Source: a virus
IMG/VR virus record: IMGVR_UViG_3300047457_000500
Location: 32,001-96,000 of that record
Length of the DNA stretch: 64,000 nt
Direction: 5' to 3' (one strand)
Positions 48,577 to 57,592 of the stretch are shown here, one piece after another (position 1 is the first letter of the stretch; each line of letters begins with the position of its first letter). The notes below the pieces were generated by a model. The model saw only the letters and a program-made list of their open reading frames with translations, did no database searches and was not told the origin of the DNA. The position numbers and the translations under genes are program-made.

Positions 48577-49584
48577 ATGGCTCATGAATTAGAATCTGCT
48601 AATTCTTTCGCATCATTCCGTGAACCTGCTTGGCATGGTTTAGGAACTGTATTTCAGGAGGAAGTTACTACTGAAAAAATGTTGGAACTCGCTAACCTTG
48701 ATGGTTGGAATGTTCGTCTTGAAGATGTCGTAATCCCAGACACTCTTTCATCTGATAAATCTTATCAATATGTTGTGCGTGATAACCCATTCACCGCAAA
48801 TCAAGTTGATGTTCTAGGCGTTGTTGGTGAACGCTATGTCCCATTGCAAAATGAAGACCTATTCACATTTGGTGATGCAATTCTTGATGGCGGAGGTCGT
48901 TGGGAAACTGCTGGCTCATTGCGTGGTGGTCGTGTTGTATTTGGTTCTCTTGCTCTTGAGCGTGAGACTGTTCTAGACCCTAATGGCGTCGCTGATGTTG
49001 TCAAGACTTATCTTCTTGTCAACACATCACATGATGGTTCTGTTGCTATTCAAGCATCTGTAACACCTGTTCGTGTTGTATGCGCTAACACTCTTGCTGT
49101 TGCACTAGGTCGCACTAGCAAAAAGGGTGGCGTAAAACAATCATTCAAGATTCGTCACACACAATCTGCTGAGGGTAAAGTTCAACAGGCTCGTGAGGCT
49201 CTTGCTGTTGCCAATGCTTATATGGATTCATTCTCTCTAATGGCTAAGGCTATGATTGAGAAAGAAATCACAGCGCAACAATTCAATGATATTGTTCTCG
49301 CTGCGTATCCTAAGCCTGATGAAACCAAAAAGGGTGCATTGTCTAAGTGGACAACTAAGATTGACACTATCAATGACATCTATACAGGTGAATTCAATGG
49401 CATGATTGCTGGCACTGCATGGGGTGCATGGAATGCACTTACAGAAAGAATCGATTGGTATCGTGGAGGTAAGCGTGGTCTTACTGAATCAATTCTAATG
49501 GGTTCAAGTGGATTTGACCCTGCTATCACAGCAGAAAAAAATCGTTTGCTAACTATTGTTCGCAACTCTCTAGAATTGGTGTAA
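48577..49584 (+). CDS. DUF932 / TIGR03299-family phage-plasmid protein
   Basis: PAWHGLG, Y.P.QN, ETAGSL.GG, YLL..TSHDGS, TPVRVVCANTL, IRHT, GTAWGA.NA.TE. Confidence 0.85.
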   Translation: MAHELESANSFASFREPAWHGLGTVFQEEVTTEKMLELANLDGWNVRLEDVVIPDTLSSDKSYQYVVRDNPFTANQVDVLGVVGERYVPLQNEDLFTFGDAILDGGGRWETAGSLRGGRVVFGSLALERETVLDPNGVADVVKTYLLVNTSHDGSVAIQASVTPVRVVCANTLAVALGRTSKKGGVKQSFKIRHTQSAEGKVQQAREALAVANAYMDSFSLMAKAMIEKEITAQQFNDIVLAAYPKPDETKKGALSKWTTKIDTINDIYTGEFNGMIAGTAWGAWNALTERIDWYRGGKRGLTESILMGSSGFDPAITAEKNRLLTIVRNSLELV

Positions 49585-49591
49585 CAATTCA

Positions 49592-49618
49592 ACTCCTGAG
49601 CATGAGTAAAAACTGCTC
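49592..49618 (+). ncRNA. H-type pseudoknot motif, copy 3
   Basis: ACTC-CTGAGCAT-GAGT-AAAAAC-TGCTC. Confidence 0.75.
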
Positions 49619-49716
49619 TCTTGACAAAGATCAAAAAAGGTGCCGACCAAAAATATCATTTAGAAATTTAATTACGATACGTTGACAAAATCCCCAAATT
49701 TTGCTATTATTTATTC

Positions 49717-49911
49717 ATGGACCAAAAAGAACTAACGACATACATGACAAACCTGCGTAGTGGCCTGGATGAAGACCTACGTAATCTTGCTGCAGAAATG
49801 GACTCTATTGACCCTGCCTCTAAAGACTTTGCAGACCTAGACTTTGAGTTTAATTATATTACAGGACAAGTATCAATGTTAAGCCATATACTACAAAAGA
49901 TAGGACAATAA
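49717..49911 (+). CDS. Hypothetical protein
   Basis: Leaderless ORF behind TTGACA-N17-TATTAT. Confidence 0.55.
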   Translation: MDQKELTTYMTNLRSGLDEDLRNLAAEMDSIDPASKDFADLDFEFNYITGQVSMLSHILQKIGQ

Positions 49912-50121
49912 TGCTGGGGTATACAGAAGAACAAGTAGATAAGATGCTCACTACATTAAACTATACTATTCATCATCATATGACTGGTAAGTTTGCAGAT
50001 GAGGATAGGTCAGTACTTAGAGATCTAGAGGACTTCTTACAGGGTTTGTTAGCAGAGGGACGTATTTGACATCCCCCTGATATTTTGCTAGAATTGCATA
50101 CAACGACTAGAAAGGAATAAT

Positions 50122-50817
50122 ATGCCAAATTGGGTATATAACTCTCTAACTATTGAGGGTAATGCAGAAGACATTTCTGCTATCAAAACACAACTAAACC
50201 AACCATTCCAACGTCAACACGACCAATGGAATATGGAAACAAGACAAATGGAATTACAGGATGTTACTTATTCAAACCCTGTATTTGCATTCTGGAATAT
50301 TATCAAGCCAACTAATCTAGAGGCATACAATAAGCAGTCTGACCATTCATTACCTATGGAAGAACAACTTATGTTCAAGGGTGATAACTGGTATGACTGG
50401 AATGTAACTAACTGGGGAACCAAATGGGATGTTGCTGTATCAGATAATGAGCAGTATCCTGAGACTGAACTAATCAACGAAGAGGATTGGTCAGATAGAC
50501 TTACCTATAGTTTCAATACCGCTTGGTCTCCTCCTCTTCCTGCTATTGCTACATTGTCAGAACAATATCCTAATTTAGAATTTACCTTGTCATACGAGGA
50601 AGAAACAGGCTGGGGTGGCGAAATAGAGTTCCTCAATGGTCAAGATACTGTATTAGAAAACTATGAAAACAAATGTCGTGACTGTGATTCAATCAACACA
50701 CTAGAGTATTGCGAAAACGACTGTGGTGAGATATGCTCTGATTGCCATTACATGGGTGAGGCAGACTTAGAGTGTGTTGCAGAGTGTGACATACATAAAG
50801 AATACTTGGAGGCATAA
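50122..50817 (+). CDS. DUF1281/YubB-like ferredoxin-fold protein
   Basis: MPNW..N.L.I.G, WYDWN..NWGTKWD, F.TAWSPP, YEEE. Confidence 0.75.
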   Translation: MPNWVYNSLTIEGNAEDISAIKTQLNQPFQRQHDQWNMETRQMELQDVTYSNPVFAFWNIIKPTNLEAYNKQSDHSLPMEEQLMFKGDNWYDWNVTNWGTKWDVAVSDNEQYPETELINEEDWSDRLTYSFNTAWSPPLPAIATLSEQYPNLEFTLSYEEETGWGGEIEFLNGQDTVLENYENKCRDCDSINTLEYCENDCGEICSDCHYMGEADLECVAECDIHKEYLEA

Positions 50818-51068
50818 TGTTACCTGATTATCTAAAGAATGCAATCAATGCAGGTGCTACAGGACTAGATGTCATGCACGGGCACCTGAAGACGCTTATG
50901 CTTGACGCAGAACGGGAACTAGAAGAGGCGCAGCGGGTAGAAGACGAGACCGAAGAGGCCATTGATTCCATGGAGCGCAAGTACTGGGAGGGACAATTAG
51001 ACGCCCTATCATATGTTTATAGCCTTACATATGAACTGTCATTTGCAGTAGCGGATAGGGAGGAATAG
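50817..51068 (+). CDS. Hypothetical protein
   Basis: SMERKYWEGQLDAL; translationally coupled. Confidence 0.6.
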   Translation: MLPDYLKNAINAGATGLDVMHGHLKTLMLDAERELEEAQRVEDETEEAIDSMERKYWEGQLDALSYVYSLTYELSFAVADREE

Positions 51069-51147
51069 ATCCACGTGTATGAGCAATTGACATTAGACCT
51101 GGACCCTGATATCATTAATACAAACCCAACTACAGAAAGGACCCCCC

Positions 51148-51507
51148 ATGGGAGCACGTTGTAACTTTATCTTTAAACAATCAGAGGACCAGGCCGTAGC
51201 GCTGTACAGCCACTGGGACGAAGACCATATGTATGAACTCCTGGCAGCAGCCCTGCAGCATGCAATGCCACGTATTCAAATGGGTGATACCCCGTATGCG
51301 ACTCGTATGGCTATCAGTTACATTATCAAGGATAGTATCTTAGATGAGACTGGATATGGAATTTATGCCTGTGACCCCTCAGACCAGGGATTCATGGACC
51401 ATCCAATCACAATAGATTTCACAGACGGTACCGTGGGCAGCGGTGAAGACTGGCACTCAATTCCTGATTTTATTTCTTATCATTCTGCTCAGTTAATTAC
51501 AAAATAA
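51148..51507 (+). CDS. Hypothetical early protein
   Basis: MG.R......LYSHW...D..YATR...GYGI; SD AGAAAGGA. Confidence 0.65.
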   Translation: MGARCNFIFKQSEDQAVALYSHWDEDHMYELLAAALQHAMPRIQMGDTPYATRMAISYIIKDSILDETGYGIYACDPSDQGFMDHPITIDFTDGTVGSGEDWHSIPDFISYHSAQLITK

Positions 51508-51514
51508 TAACTTT

Positions 51515-51562
51515 GGGGCGTAAGGTTTGGTTTATTCCTTTCGTCGTTGTGCCTTGCGCCCC
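51515..51562 (+). ncRNA. Hairpin with loop antisense to the 50100-50120 leader/RBS
   Basis: GGGGCGTAAGG/CCTTGCGCCCC stem; loop contains TTATTCCTTTCGTCGTTGT; T-run shortly after. Confidence 0.7.
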
Positions 51563-51592
51563 TCCCACTTTTTTGATAGAATAGGAGTAACT

Positions 51593-51811
51593 ATGACTAC
51601 ACGCAGACACAGACTAACTGACGAGGAACGAGTTGCCATGCGCCTTGCCACTTTAGTATCTGACTTGCGACTTGACATCGAGCAGGTTGGGCAGTATTTA
51701 GCGCAGGTAGCACCAACAGTATCGTATAATAGACTTATCACAATCGCAGAAAGCGCACAACATCACAAAGAGGAGAAATACAATGAGCAATACCAATACA
51801 GACTTTTCTAG
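51593..51811 (+). CDS. Hypothetical protein
   Basis: ORF, SD AGGAG. Confidence 0.6.
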   Translation: MTTRRHRLTDEERVAMRLATLVSDLRLDIEQVGQYLAQVAPTVSYNRLITIAESAQHHKEEKYNEQYQYRLF

Positions 51812-52055
51812 TCGTTGTAATATTCTGGCAGACCTGTGGTTGAACTATAAAGATGATGCTGAGTTTTCTGACTTCATACAATATAATGACATGGGTTTGC
51901 CCCTAGCATTTTTTGTTAGTCAAGAAGTTGTTCCTAGTAATGATATGGTAATGAACTATGTCAATGAAACTTGGGAGTTATTCTTAGAGGCTCTAAAGAT
52001 AGAAGACACAGGGTTTGACACACTTGACGAATTGCTAATGGGATTTGACAAGTAG
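51783..52055 (+). CDS. Hypothetical protein
   Basis: ORF, SD GAGGAG. Confidence 0.6.
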   Translation: MSNTNTDFSSRCNILADLWLNYKDDAEFSDFIQYNDMGLPLAFFVSQEVVPSNDMVMNYVNETWELFLEALKIEDTGFDTLDELLMGFDK

Positions 52056-52063
52056 CCACGAAA

Positions 52064-52700
52064 GTGGTCGGCATATTATTTTAGTTATACAAACCATTAC
52101 GATACCAAACCATTTTTCCCCAAAATAGGATTACGATCCAAACCATATTTTTCCCAAACCATGATAAATGGTGTTATGATTATATGTATGCCAAGACATT
52201 TTTATAGAGTTAATTATCCAAACCAAGCAAATGATGATGATAGAGGTTTGCATAATGCCTTTGTAGCCTTTACTCATCTTATAGGTCTTAGTAAGTACTT
52301 CTCTTTTATCCCGCCCGTTTTTGACAGGGACGAGTGGCGGGCCGAACACGGGGCGGGATCTAAAAAAGATTACGATCATACCATATATCCCCCTAATAAG
52401 CAATAACAAACCATATTTCCTGGTTTTAAAACATTTTCAAACATAATAAAAAGTATTACGAACTTATTGGAATTTTCCCAGACTTTTGGCAATTTTTCTG
52501 CATAAATCTATTACGAAGATACTTGACAAACCATGGTTTTGCAGATATAATGCCCAAACCTTGATATATGGTTTGACAGATATGGGGCATATATGGTATA
52601 AGGGTTTGATGGATATAGGGTTTGATGGTTTGGCATTACGATCCCCGCATTAAAAAGCGCTTCATTACCCATATCTCTCCACTATCCTCCACTTTACTCC
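52064..52700. repeat. Probably non-coding region of dispersed ATTACGA and AAACC(AT)/(AT)GGTTT repeats
   Basis: ATTACGA six times; AAACC copies give way to GGTTT copies around the palindrome AAACCATGGTTT near 52528-39. Confidence 0.65.
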
Positions 52701-52761
52701 ACATATAAAATAACAGTAAGATTTATTTTTCAAAATAAGCGATGCTATAATTAAGTTTGCC

Positions 52762-53253
52762 ATGATAAAAGACGTATTTACGCAGCCACAAATAGATTTT
52801 ATAAACCAACTCGTGTTGGATAACTATGACAAATTGGATAGCAGGTATTCAGAACGAGGTAGGGAAGATATCGTTTTAACTCCCAATGGGACAGCAGCAT
52901 TTGAGAACCTAAACCCTATTGCCAAAGAAATATGTGACCGTGTGCTTTCATATTTTGATGAGGGTAAATACATCAATGCCATAACCTATGGTGAATACAC
53001 AAACAAACACACCAACCCTAATCTTCCACCACACAAGGATCCTATCCATACCAAGAATGGCCTAACCTTTGACTACCTATTGGATTCAAATGTTGATTGG
53101 CCAATATGTCTGGAAGGTGACTGTGTGAGCCTAGAAAAGAATGATGCTATCATTTTTAGTCCATGTGAGCAGTATCACCACAGACCAGAAATGATATTTA
53201 ATGATGGCGATTATGTTAAAGTTTTATTTTTTATGATTAGGACAAACCAATGA
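52762..53253 (+). CDS. 2OG-Fe(II) oxygenase-like (H.D...HHR family)
   Basis: Y....PNLPPHKD...TFDYLLD...W...NDAIIF...HHR. Confidence 0.65.
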   Translation: MIKDVFTQPQIDFINQLVLDNYDKLDSRYSERGREDIVLTPNGTAAFENLNPIAKEICDRVLSYFDEGKYINAITYGEYTNKHTNPNLPPHKDPIHTKNGLTFDYLLDSNVDWPICLEGDCVSLEKNDAIIFSPCEQYHHRPEMIFNDGDYVKVLFFMIRTNQ

Positions 53254-53630
53254 TATCTCACGACTCAAAAGTTGATATTATTGTAGAAATAATACACGAA
53301 CATCTAAAGGGTAAGCATAAGGACTCTCTATCTAAAAGATTGGCGGTAGAGATAATTGAAGCCCTAGATGACGAACCTACACCATCATGGTATGAACACG
53401 GTTAATGCTATAATGGAAAGATGTCTGATACATTGAAATGTTATTATTGTGATAACAAACCAGAATATACTCAACCAGATAAGACTACTGGTGTTATCGT
53501 CGATGTTTGTAAAAGACATTTTATCTACATGTATATGGGGTGATTATGGACAAAGATAAGGCAGATGCCAACTTCAAGGCTTTTTGGATTCTATTGGGAT
53601 CTATCATTGTTATTCTTACTATAGTAGGGA

Positions 53631-53813
53631 TTGCTATTGGGTAATAGGGCTAATAGGGATTACGAAGAACTTACAGATCCCGTCGAACTTTTGGTAAAAA
53701 CCAAAGCACCTACTAAATGGTTATTGATAGATAGGGAAACAGGACAAGTCTATCAAGGCAGTCCATATGGTCATTGGGATAGGTTAGATCCTGTTATAAA
53801 GGATAAAATATGA
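53631..53813 (+). CDS. Hypothetical protein
   Basis: TK.P.KWLL.DRETGQVYQG. Confidence 0.55.
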   Translation: MLLGNRANRDYEELTDPVELLVKTKAPTKWLLIDRETGQVYQGSPYGHWDRLDPVIKDKI

Positions 53814-54346
53814 GAGTTCATTTACTTACCCTGCCTGGAATGAAAGAAACTGTTGGAGAATATATCCAGATTAAGTTTGAAATCCCTCACGTTTCATTTA
53901 AGTATTCATTTGGACCAGATATGCCAGAAGATGATGTAGATCACATTATTGGCCTGTGCAGAAAACCACAAGAGGCCATTGCTGATCTTATTCATCAAGG
54001 ATATGAAACACCTGCAGCATTAGAAAAATATAGAAGATATTCGGATTATATATGTGACAATGCTAAAACCATAATAAACTATGAATCTCTTAAAGATATA
54101 GATGGTTTGACTAAGGCATTGTTTAATCATTTTGCCCTTGAGGATGATAACTGGAAAACCAAAACTGGCAAAGAGTCTTTGTTTGATGAGATAATGTCTA
54201 GGCAAATTCCATTTAATGTATGGGTTGAGCCATATCAGGATGCATTCAAGGGATTAATGTATCCAGAGATAGTCTTAAAGGGCATGATAGATGAAAGACT
54301 ATTAGAGCATTATGATAAGGTGGATACTAGAACTATTAAACCCTAG
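53810..54346 (+). CDS. Hypothetical protein, weak sulfotransferase-fold resemblance
   Basis: R.P.EAI and INYESL motifs; 5' PAPS loop not convincing. Confidence 0.35.
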   Translation: MRVHLLTLPGMKETVGEYIQIKFEIPHVSFKYSFGPDMPEDDVDHIIGLCRKPQEAIADLIHQGYETPAALEKYRRYSDYICDNAKTIINYESLKDIDGLTKALFNHFALEDDNWKTKTGKESLFDEIMSRQIPFNVWVEPYQDAFKGLMYPEIVLKGMIDERLLEHYDKVDTRTIKP

Positions 54347-54379
54347 TGCTAGTGTCTAGCATAAAATGGTTTGATATTT

Positions 54380-55267
54380 CTATTTACCGCCGAACTTTAA
54401 GCGCTTGTTTATTAGGTCTATAACTGTTTCAGAAACTTCTTTATTCCACCCACCGCCAGGGTGTTGATTATCGCCAGCCAAAAACCAATACTTTACATCG
54501 CTGTTACCGTAATCCTTTTTTGTGTAATCTGGATAAGATGTGGGTATTTTAAAATAAGAACTATATTGTTCAGCAAAGTTATCAAATACAGACTCTGAGT
54601 CAATATGCCAAGTACTCCACAAAAATATAGAGCCATTTGCCTTGAATATATTTTCTAATAAATCTATCATTGTCAAATAAACTATTGCATTTTCTTGCGG
54701 TATATAGTTTTCTTTATACTTTGATAACTCCTCATACATCCAGTCAACCGTATTGTCTTTATAGAAGTTTAATTGGGCTGGTATAAACTGATCTATGTAT
54801 GTGCTGTAAATCATCTTTCGATGGATGTCTGGCAATATCATTACTAGCACATCTGGTATTCCGTATTTATTAATAAAGGCGCATATATTTTTTATTATTA
54901 AATGAATTGATGCACCCATCATAGAAAGATTATAGCCTTTAGTGTCTTTTATATTTTTAAAGTATTCTGTTGTAAAATCAGACCATCTAAATTCTTGTGG
55001 GATATCCTGTCCAAAACTAAAAGAGCATCCACTGTACAATATGTTTAAATTGTCTTTATTTAAAGGCTCAAAGTTGTCTGTTCTAAATCCGTCTTTATTT
55101 ATCTTATATGTTATATCATCAGCATTTGTGCTCTTAGTATAAAAATAATCATTATCCCAGTACCCTTCTCTGGTTAGCATAGATCCATTAACACCTTTGA
55201 TATGAAATTGTGAATGATCAAAAACAGTTATGTTTTTATATATACTTTCATTAATGTTTAACGTCAT
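54380..55267 (-). CDS. SGNH-like protein
   Basis: YKINKDGFR, SGCSFSFG, NLS..GAS, DNQHPG. Confidence 0.6.
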   Translation of the reverse strand: MTLNINESIYKNITVFDHSQFHIKGVNGSMLTREGYWDNDYFYTKSTNADDITYKINKDGFRTDNFEPLNKDNLNILYSGCSFSFGQDIPQEFRWSDFTTEYFKNIKDTKGYNLSMMGASIHLIIKNICAFINKYGIPDVLVMILPDIHRKMIYSTYIDQFIPAQLNFYKDNTVDWMYEELSKYKENYIPQENAIVYLTMIDLLENIFKANGSIFLWSTWHIDSESVFDNFAEQYSSYFKIPTSYPDYTKKDYGNSDVKYWFLAGDNQHPGGGWNKEVSETVIDLINKRLKFGGK

Positions 55268-56136
55268 AAAACCTCAAGCACTCGTTTTGCAAATCTTTCA
55301 TGCCACCCACCACCTGGATGTCTACCATCCCCTGCTATTTTCCAATACGGAGATTCGTGCTCCTCATAGTCTTGCTTAACAGACCTTGGACCACTTATTA
55401 AGTTTTTAGAATCAAACCAGCAATCTAAATCGTTGGCAAACATAGAAAAACAATCCTCAGTTAAACCATCATATGTAGAAACTAAAAACTTAGAGCCAGC
55501 ATTTTTGCATAATAACTCTAATAATTTAAGCATTAATAAATTATTTAATAATAAATTTTCTGGCATCAGTTGATCAACAAAATTTTTAGCATCGGGCTTT
55601 TGTGTTCTAGGAGTTAAATCAAAAAATTCTGATGTCACTGGATCAAAAGTAACTGTTCTAGTTATATCTGGCATTAATGCAATTATTAAATCTGGCATTC
55701 CGTAAGTATTAATAAAAGCACATATGTTGCTAAGTGTTAAAAATATAGATCCACCCATAATAGACAAATTATATTCTTCAACATCTTTATTTTTAGATAA
55801 TTCTTTTGTTATTAGTTTTGTCCATAACATCTCTTCTGGTAGATCTTGTCCAAATGTTACTGAGCATCCGCTATACAAAACCGTAAACTTTTTCTTATCC
55901 ACTGGCTTAAAATTATTGCATCTAAAACCCTGTTTGTTTAACTTATATAATAAGTCTATACTAAGTTTCATTGTATGCACATTATGCGTATAATAATAAT
56001 CATCTTCCCAATATCCAGAATCCATTTTATTATTACTTTTATTAGAGTTAAAAACCATCTGCATTCTGGTATTTACTATAGTATTAGGGCTAAGAATATC
56101 CCTATTATTATTTAAAATATCAGTTTTATATGCCAT
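55264..56136 (-). CDS. SGNH-like protein (tandem paralog)
   Basis: YKLNKQGFR, SGCSVTFG, NLS..GGS, DGRHPG. Confidence 0.6.
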   Translation of the reverse strand: MAYKTDILNNNRDILSPNTIVNTRMQMVFNSNKSNNKMDSGYWEDDYYYTHNVHTMKLSIDLLYKLNKQGFRCNNFKPVDKKKFTVLYSGCSVTFGQDLPEEMLWTKLITKELSKNKDVEEYNLSIMGGSIFLTLSNICAFINTYGMPDLIIALMPDITRTVTFDPVTSEFFDLTPRTQKPDAKNFVDQLMPENLLLNNLLMLKLLELLCKNAGSKFLVSTYDGLTEDCFSMFANDLDCWFDSKNLISGPRSVKQDYEEHESPYWKIAGDGRHPGGGWHERFAKRVLEVL

Positions 56137-56185
56137 ATAATATATTGTACTTGACTTTTATTCCTATAGAGAATATAATGGTTAT

Positions 56186-56290
56186 ATGAATAGGTTTATT
56201 ATATGCCCAGCCTGCAAAAAAGAGATAGAGGTTAGGTGGGGTATTTTTGCCCATGATACACTTAATAGACACATAAAGGAGCATAGATGA
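56186..56290 (+). CDS. 34-aa C2H2-like zinc-finger peptide
   Basis: MNRFIICPACKKEI...LNRHIKEHR; leaderless behind TTGACT-N17-TATAAT-type promoter. Confidence 0.5.
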   Translation: MNRFIICPACKKEIEVRWGIFAHDTLNRHIKEHR

Positions 56291-56447
56291 AACAGCATAC
56301 ATTTCCAGACCCAGACAAAGAGGGATATGAAATTGTTATACCTAATGAAGTTAAAAAAGATATCATCATTGAATATTTAAGAACAACCTATTATTGGTCT
56401 ATTGCATTGGCATGTTTCATTATTGGATTTTTAGTTAGGTCCGTATT

Positions 56448-56705
56448 ATGATTAATTGGATTGTAGATAATTTATTTAAATGGGATAGCCTTCGCATTGC
56501 ACTTTTTTCAGAAGTCGATTGGTATAACTCTATTTCTCGTACCTTGGAAGATCCAGATTCTATGAAAACTGTTTCTACAATTTGGTGTGAGCCTGATGGT
56601 TGGCGTGGATGGAACTTAAAAGATGAAGGTACATATTATTTTCATGATTTGCCAGAAAAAGGTATTGCAGACATTATGGACATAATTTATGGGAGTGATG
56701 AATGA
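56448..56705 (+). CDS. Hypothetical protein
   Basis: ORF in operon. Confidence 0.5.
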   Translation: MINWIVDNLFKWDSLRIALFSEVDWYNSISRTLEDPDSMKTVSTIWCEPDGWRGWNLKDEGTYYFHDLPEKGIADIMDIIYGSDE

Positions 56706-57001
56706 CCTGGGCTTGCCCTTGTAATGGCTGTAAAAAGGCACAGAAGGTCATTATAGACCAGATCATTGAAGACTATAAGTCTTGTCCGAATATTGTTGAG
56801 TATGATGAAAAACTATACTGTTCTACATGGTATAGACATGATGATTGTGTAAGGCTAATGGAACTATTAAATAAGATTACGAATAAAGATTTATATTCCC
56901 TGCCAGAAACAAGGCCAGTAGTTAGAGATGCAATAGAGAAAATGATTAATGATCCAGATACCGCAGAAATATTACGAAGACTTGAAGACAACGGTATTTG
57001 A
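56702..57001 (+). CDS. Hypothetical Cys-containing protein
   Basis: CPCNGC...C...C; ATGA overlap. Confidence 0.5.
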   Translation: MTWACPCNGCKKAQKVIIDQIIEDYKSCPNIVEYDEKLYCSTWYRHDDCVRLMELLNKITNKDLYSLPETRPVVRDAIEKMINDPDTAEILRRLEDNGI

Positions 57002-57034
57002 CAAACAACATAGCACAAACTATAATTAAATAAT

Positions 57035-57108
57035 GGAGCAGTAGCCAAGTTGGTCAAGGCCCCGAACTCATAATTCGGCTATCGTAGGTTCGAGTCCTAC
57101 CTGCTCTA
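57035..57108 (+). tRNA. tRNA with CAT anticodon (Met elongator or Ile2)
   Basis: Cloverleaf; CCGAA-CTCATAA-TTCGG; GGTTCGAGTCC. Confidence 0.85.
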
Positions 57109-57111
57109 CAA

Positions 57112-57273
57112 GGCTCATCAGGAATTCGACCTCTCGATGAGTACAACTGCCCTGAAACCAGCCTGGTGGTAGTCGTTGGATAACCTGTGTCGAACAGGCC
57201 CAAGCAGACAGCATCTAAGGAGCAGAGCCAGTAGTTATATTCGCCGTAAAAACGGGTAGCGTGACTGGCACCC
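57112..57273 (+). ncRNA. Unassigned structured RNA inside tRNA cluster
   Basis: GC-richer than flanks, with several stems (GCTCATC/GATGAGT, CCTGT/ACAGG, GCCAGT/ACTGGC, CCGT/ACGG). Confidence 0.5.
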
Positions 57274-57275
57274 AA

Positions 57276-57348
57276 GCCCTTGTAGCCCAGTGGTAGAGGC
57301 ACACGACTTAAAATCGTGCAAGCGTTGGTTCGAATCCAACCAGGGGTA
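57276..57348 (+). tRNA. tRNA-Leu(TAA), short variable loop
   Basis: CACGA-CTTAAAA-TCGTG; GGTTCGAATCC. Confidence 0.9.
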
Positions 57349-57349
57349 C

Positions 57350-57426
57350 GCATCTGTAACTCAGTTGGTTAGAGTACCCGCCTTATATGCGGAGAGCCGA
57401 AGGTTCAAGTCCTTCCAGATGTACCA
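57350..57426 (+). tRNA. tRNA-Ile(TAT)
   Basis: CCGC-CTTATAT-GCGG; GGTTCAAGTCC; encoded CCA. Confidence 0.8.
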
Positions 57427-57427
57427 G

Positions 57428-57499
57428 ACCTCTGTAACTCAGCGGAAGAGTAGCGGACTTCTAATCCGTTTGTCGCAGGTTCGATTCCTGCCAGGGGTG
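57428..57499 (+). tRNA. tRNA-Arg(TCT)
   Basis: GCGGA-CTTCTAA-TCCGT; GGTTCGATTCC. Confidence 0.9.
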
Positions 57500-57515
57500 C
57501 TACAATTAAGTACTT

Positions 57516-57591
57516 TGGTCTGTAGTTCAGTTGGTAGAACACTCGACTGTTAATCGAGATGTCGCAGGATCGAGACCTGCCAGACCAGCCA
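57516..57591 (+). tRNA. tRNA-Asn(GTT)
   Basis: CTCGA-CTGTTAA-TCGAG; atypical T-loop ATCGAGA; encoded CCA. Confidence 0.85.
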
Positions 57592-57592
57592 A

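Noticed and set aside
52131-52409. ORFs 52161..52406 (+) and 52131..52409 (-)
   Set aside because: They lie inside the repeat field without convincing motifs; a short leaderless ORF from about 52188 cannot be excluded
57112-57275. tmRNA or hammerhead ribozyme in the tRNA-cluster spacer
   Set aside because: GGAATTCGAC resembles a tmRNA 5' end, but there is no matching 3' tRNA-like domain or tag ORF; the minus-strand CTGATGA lacks a following stem II and GAAA
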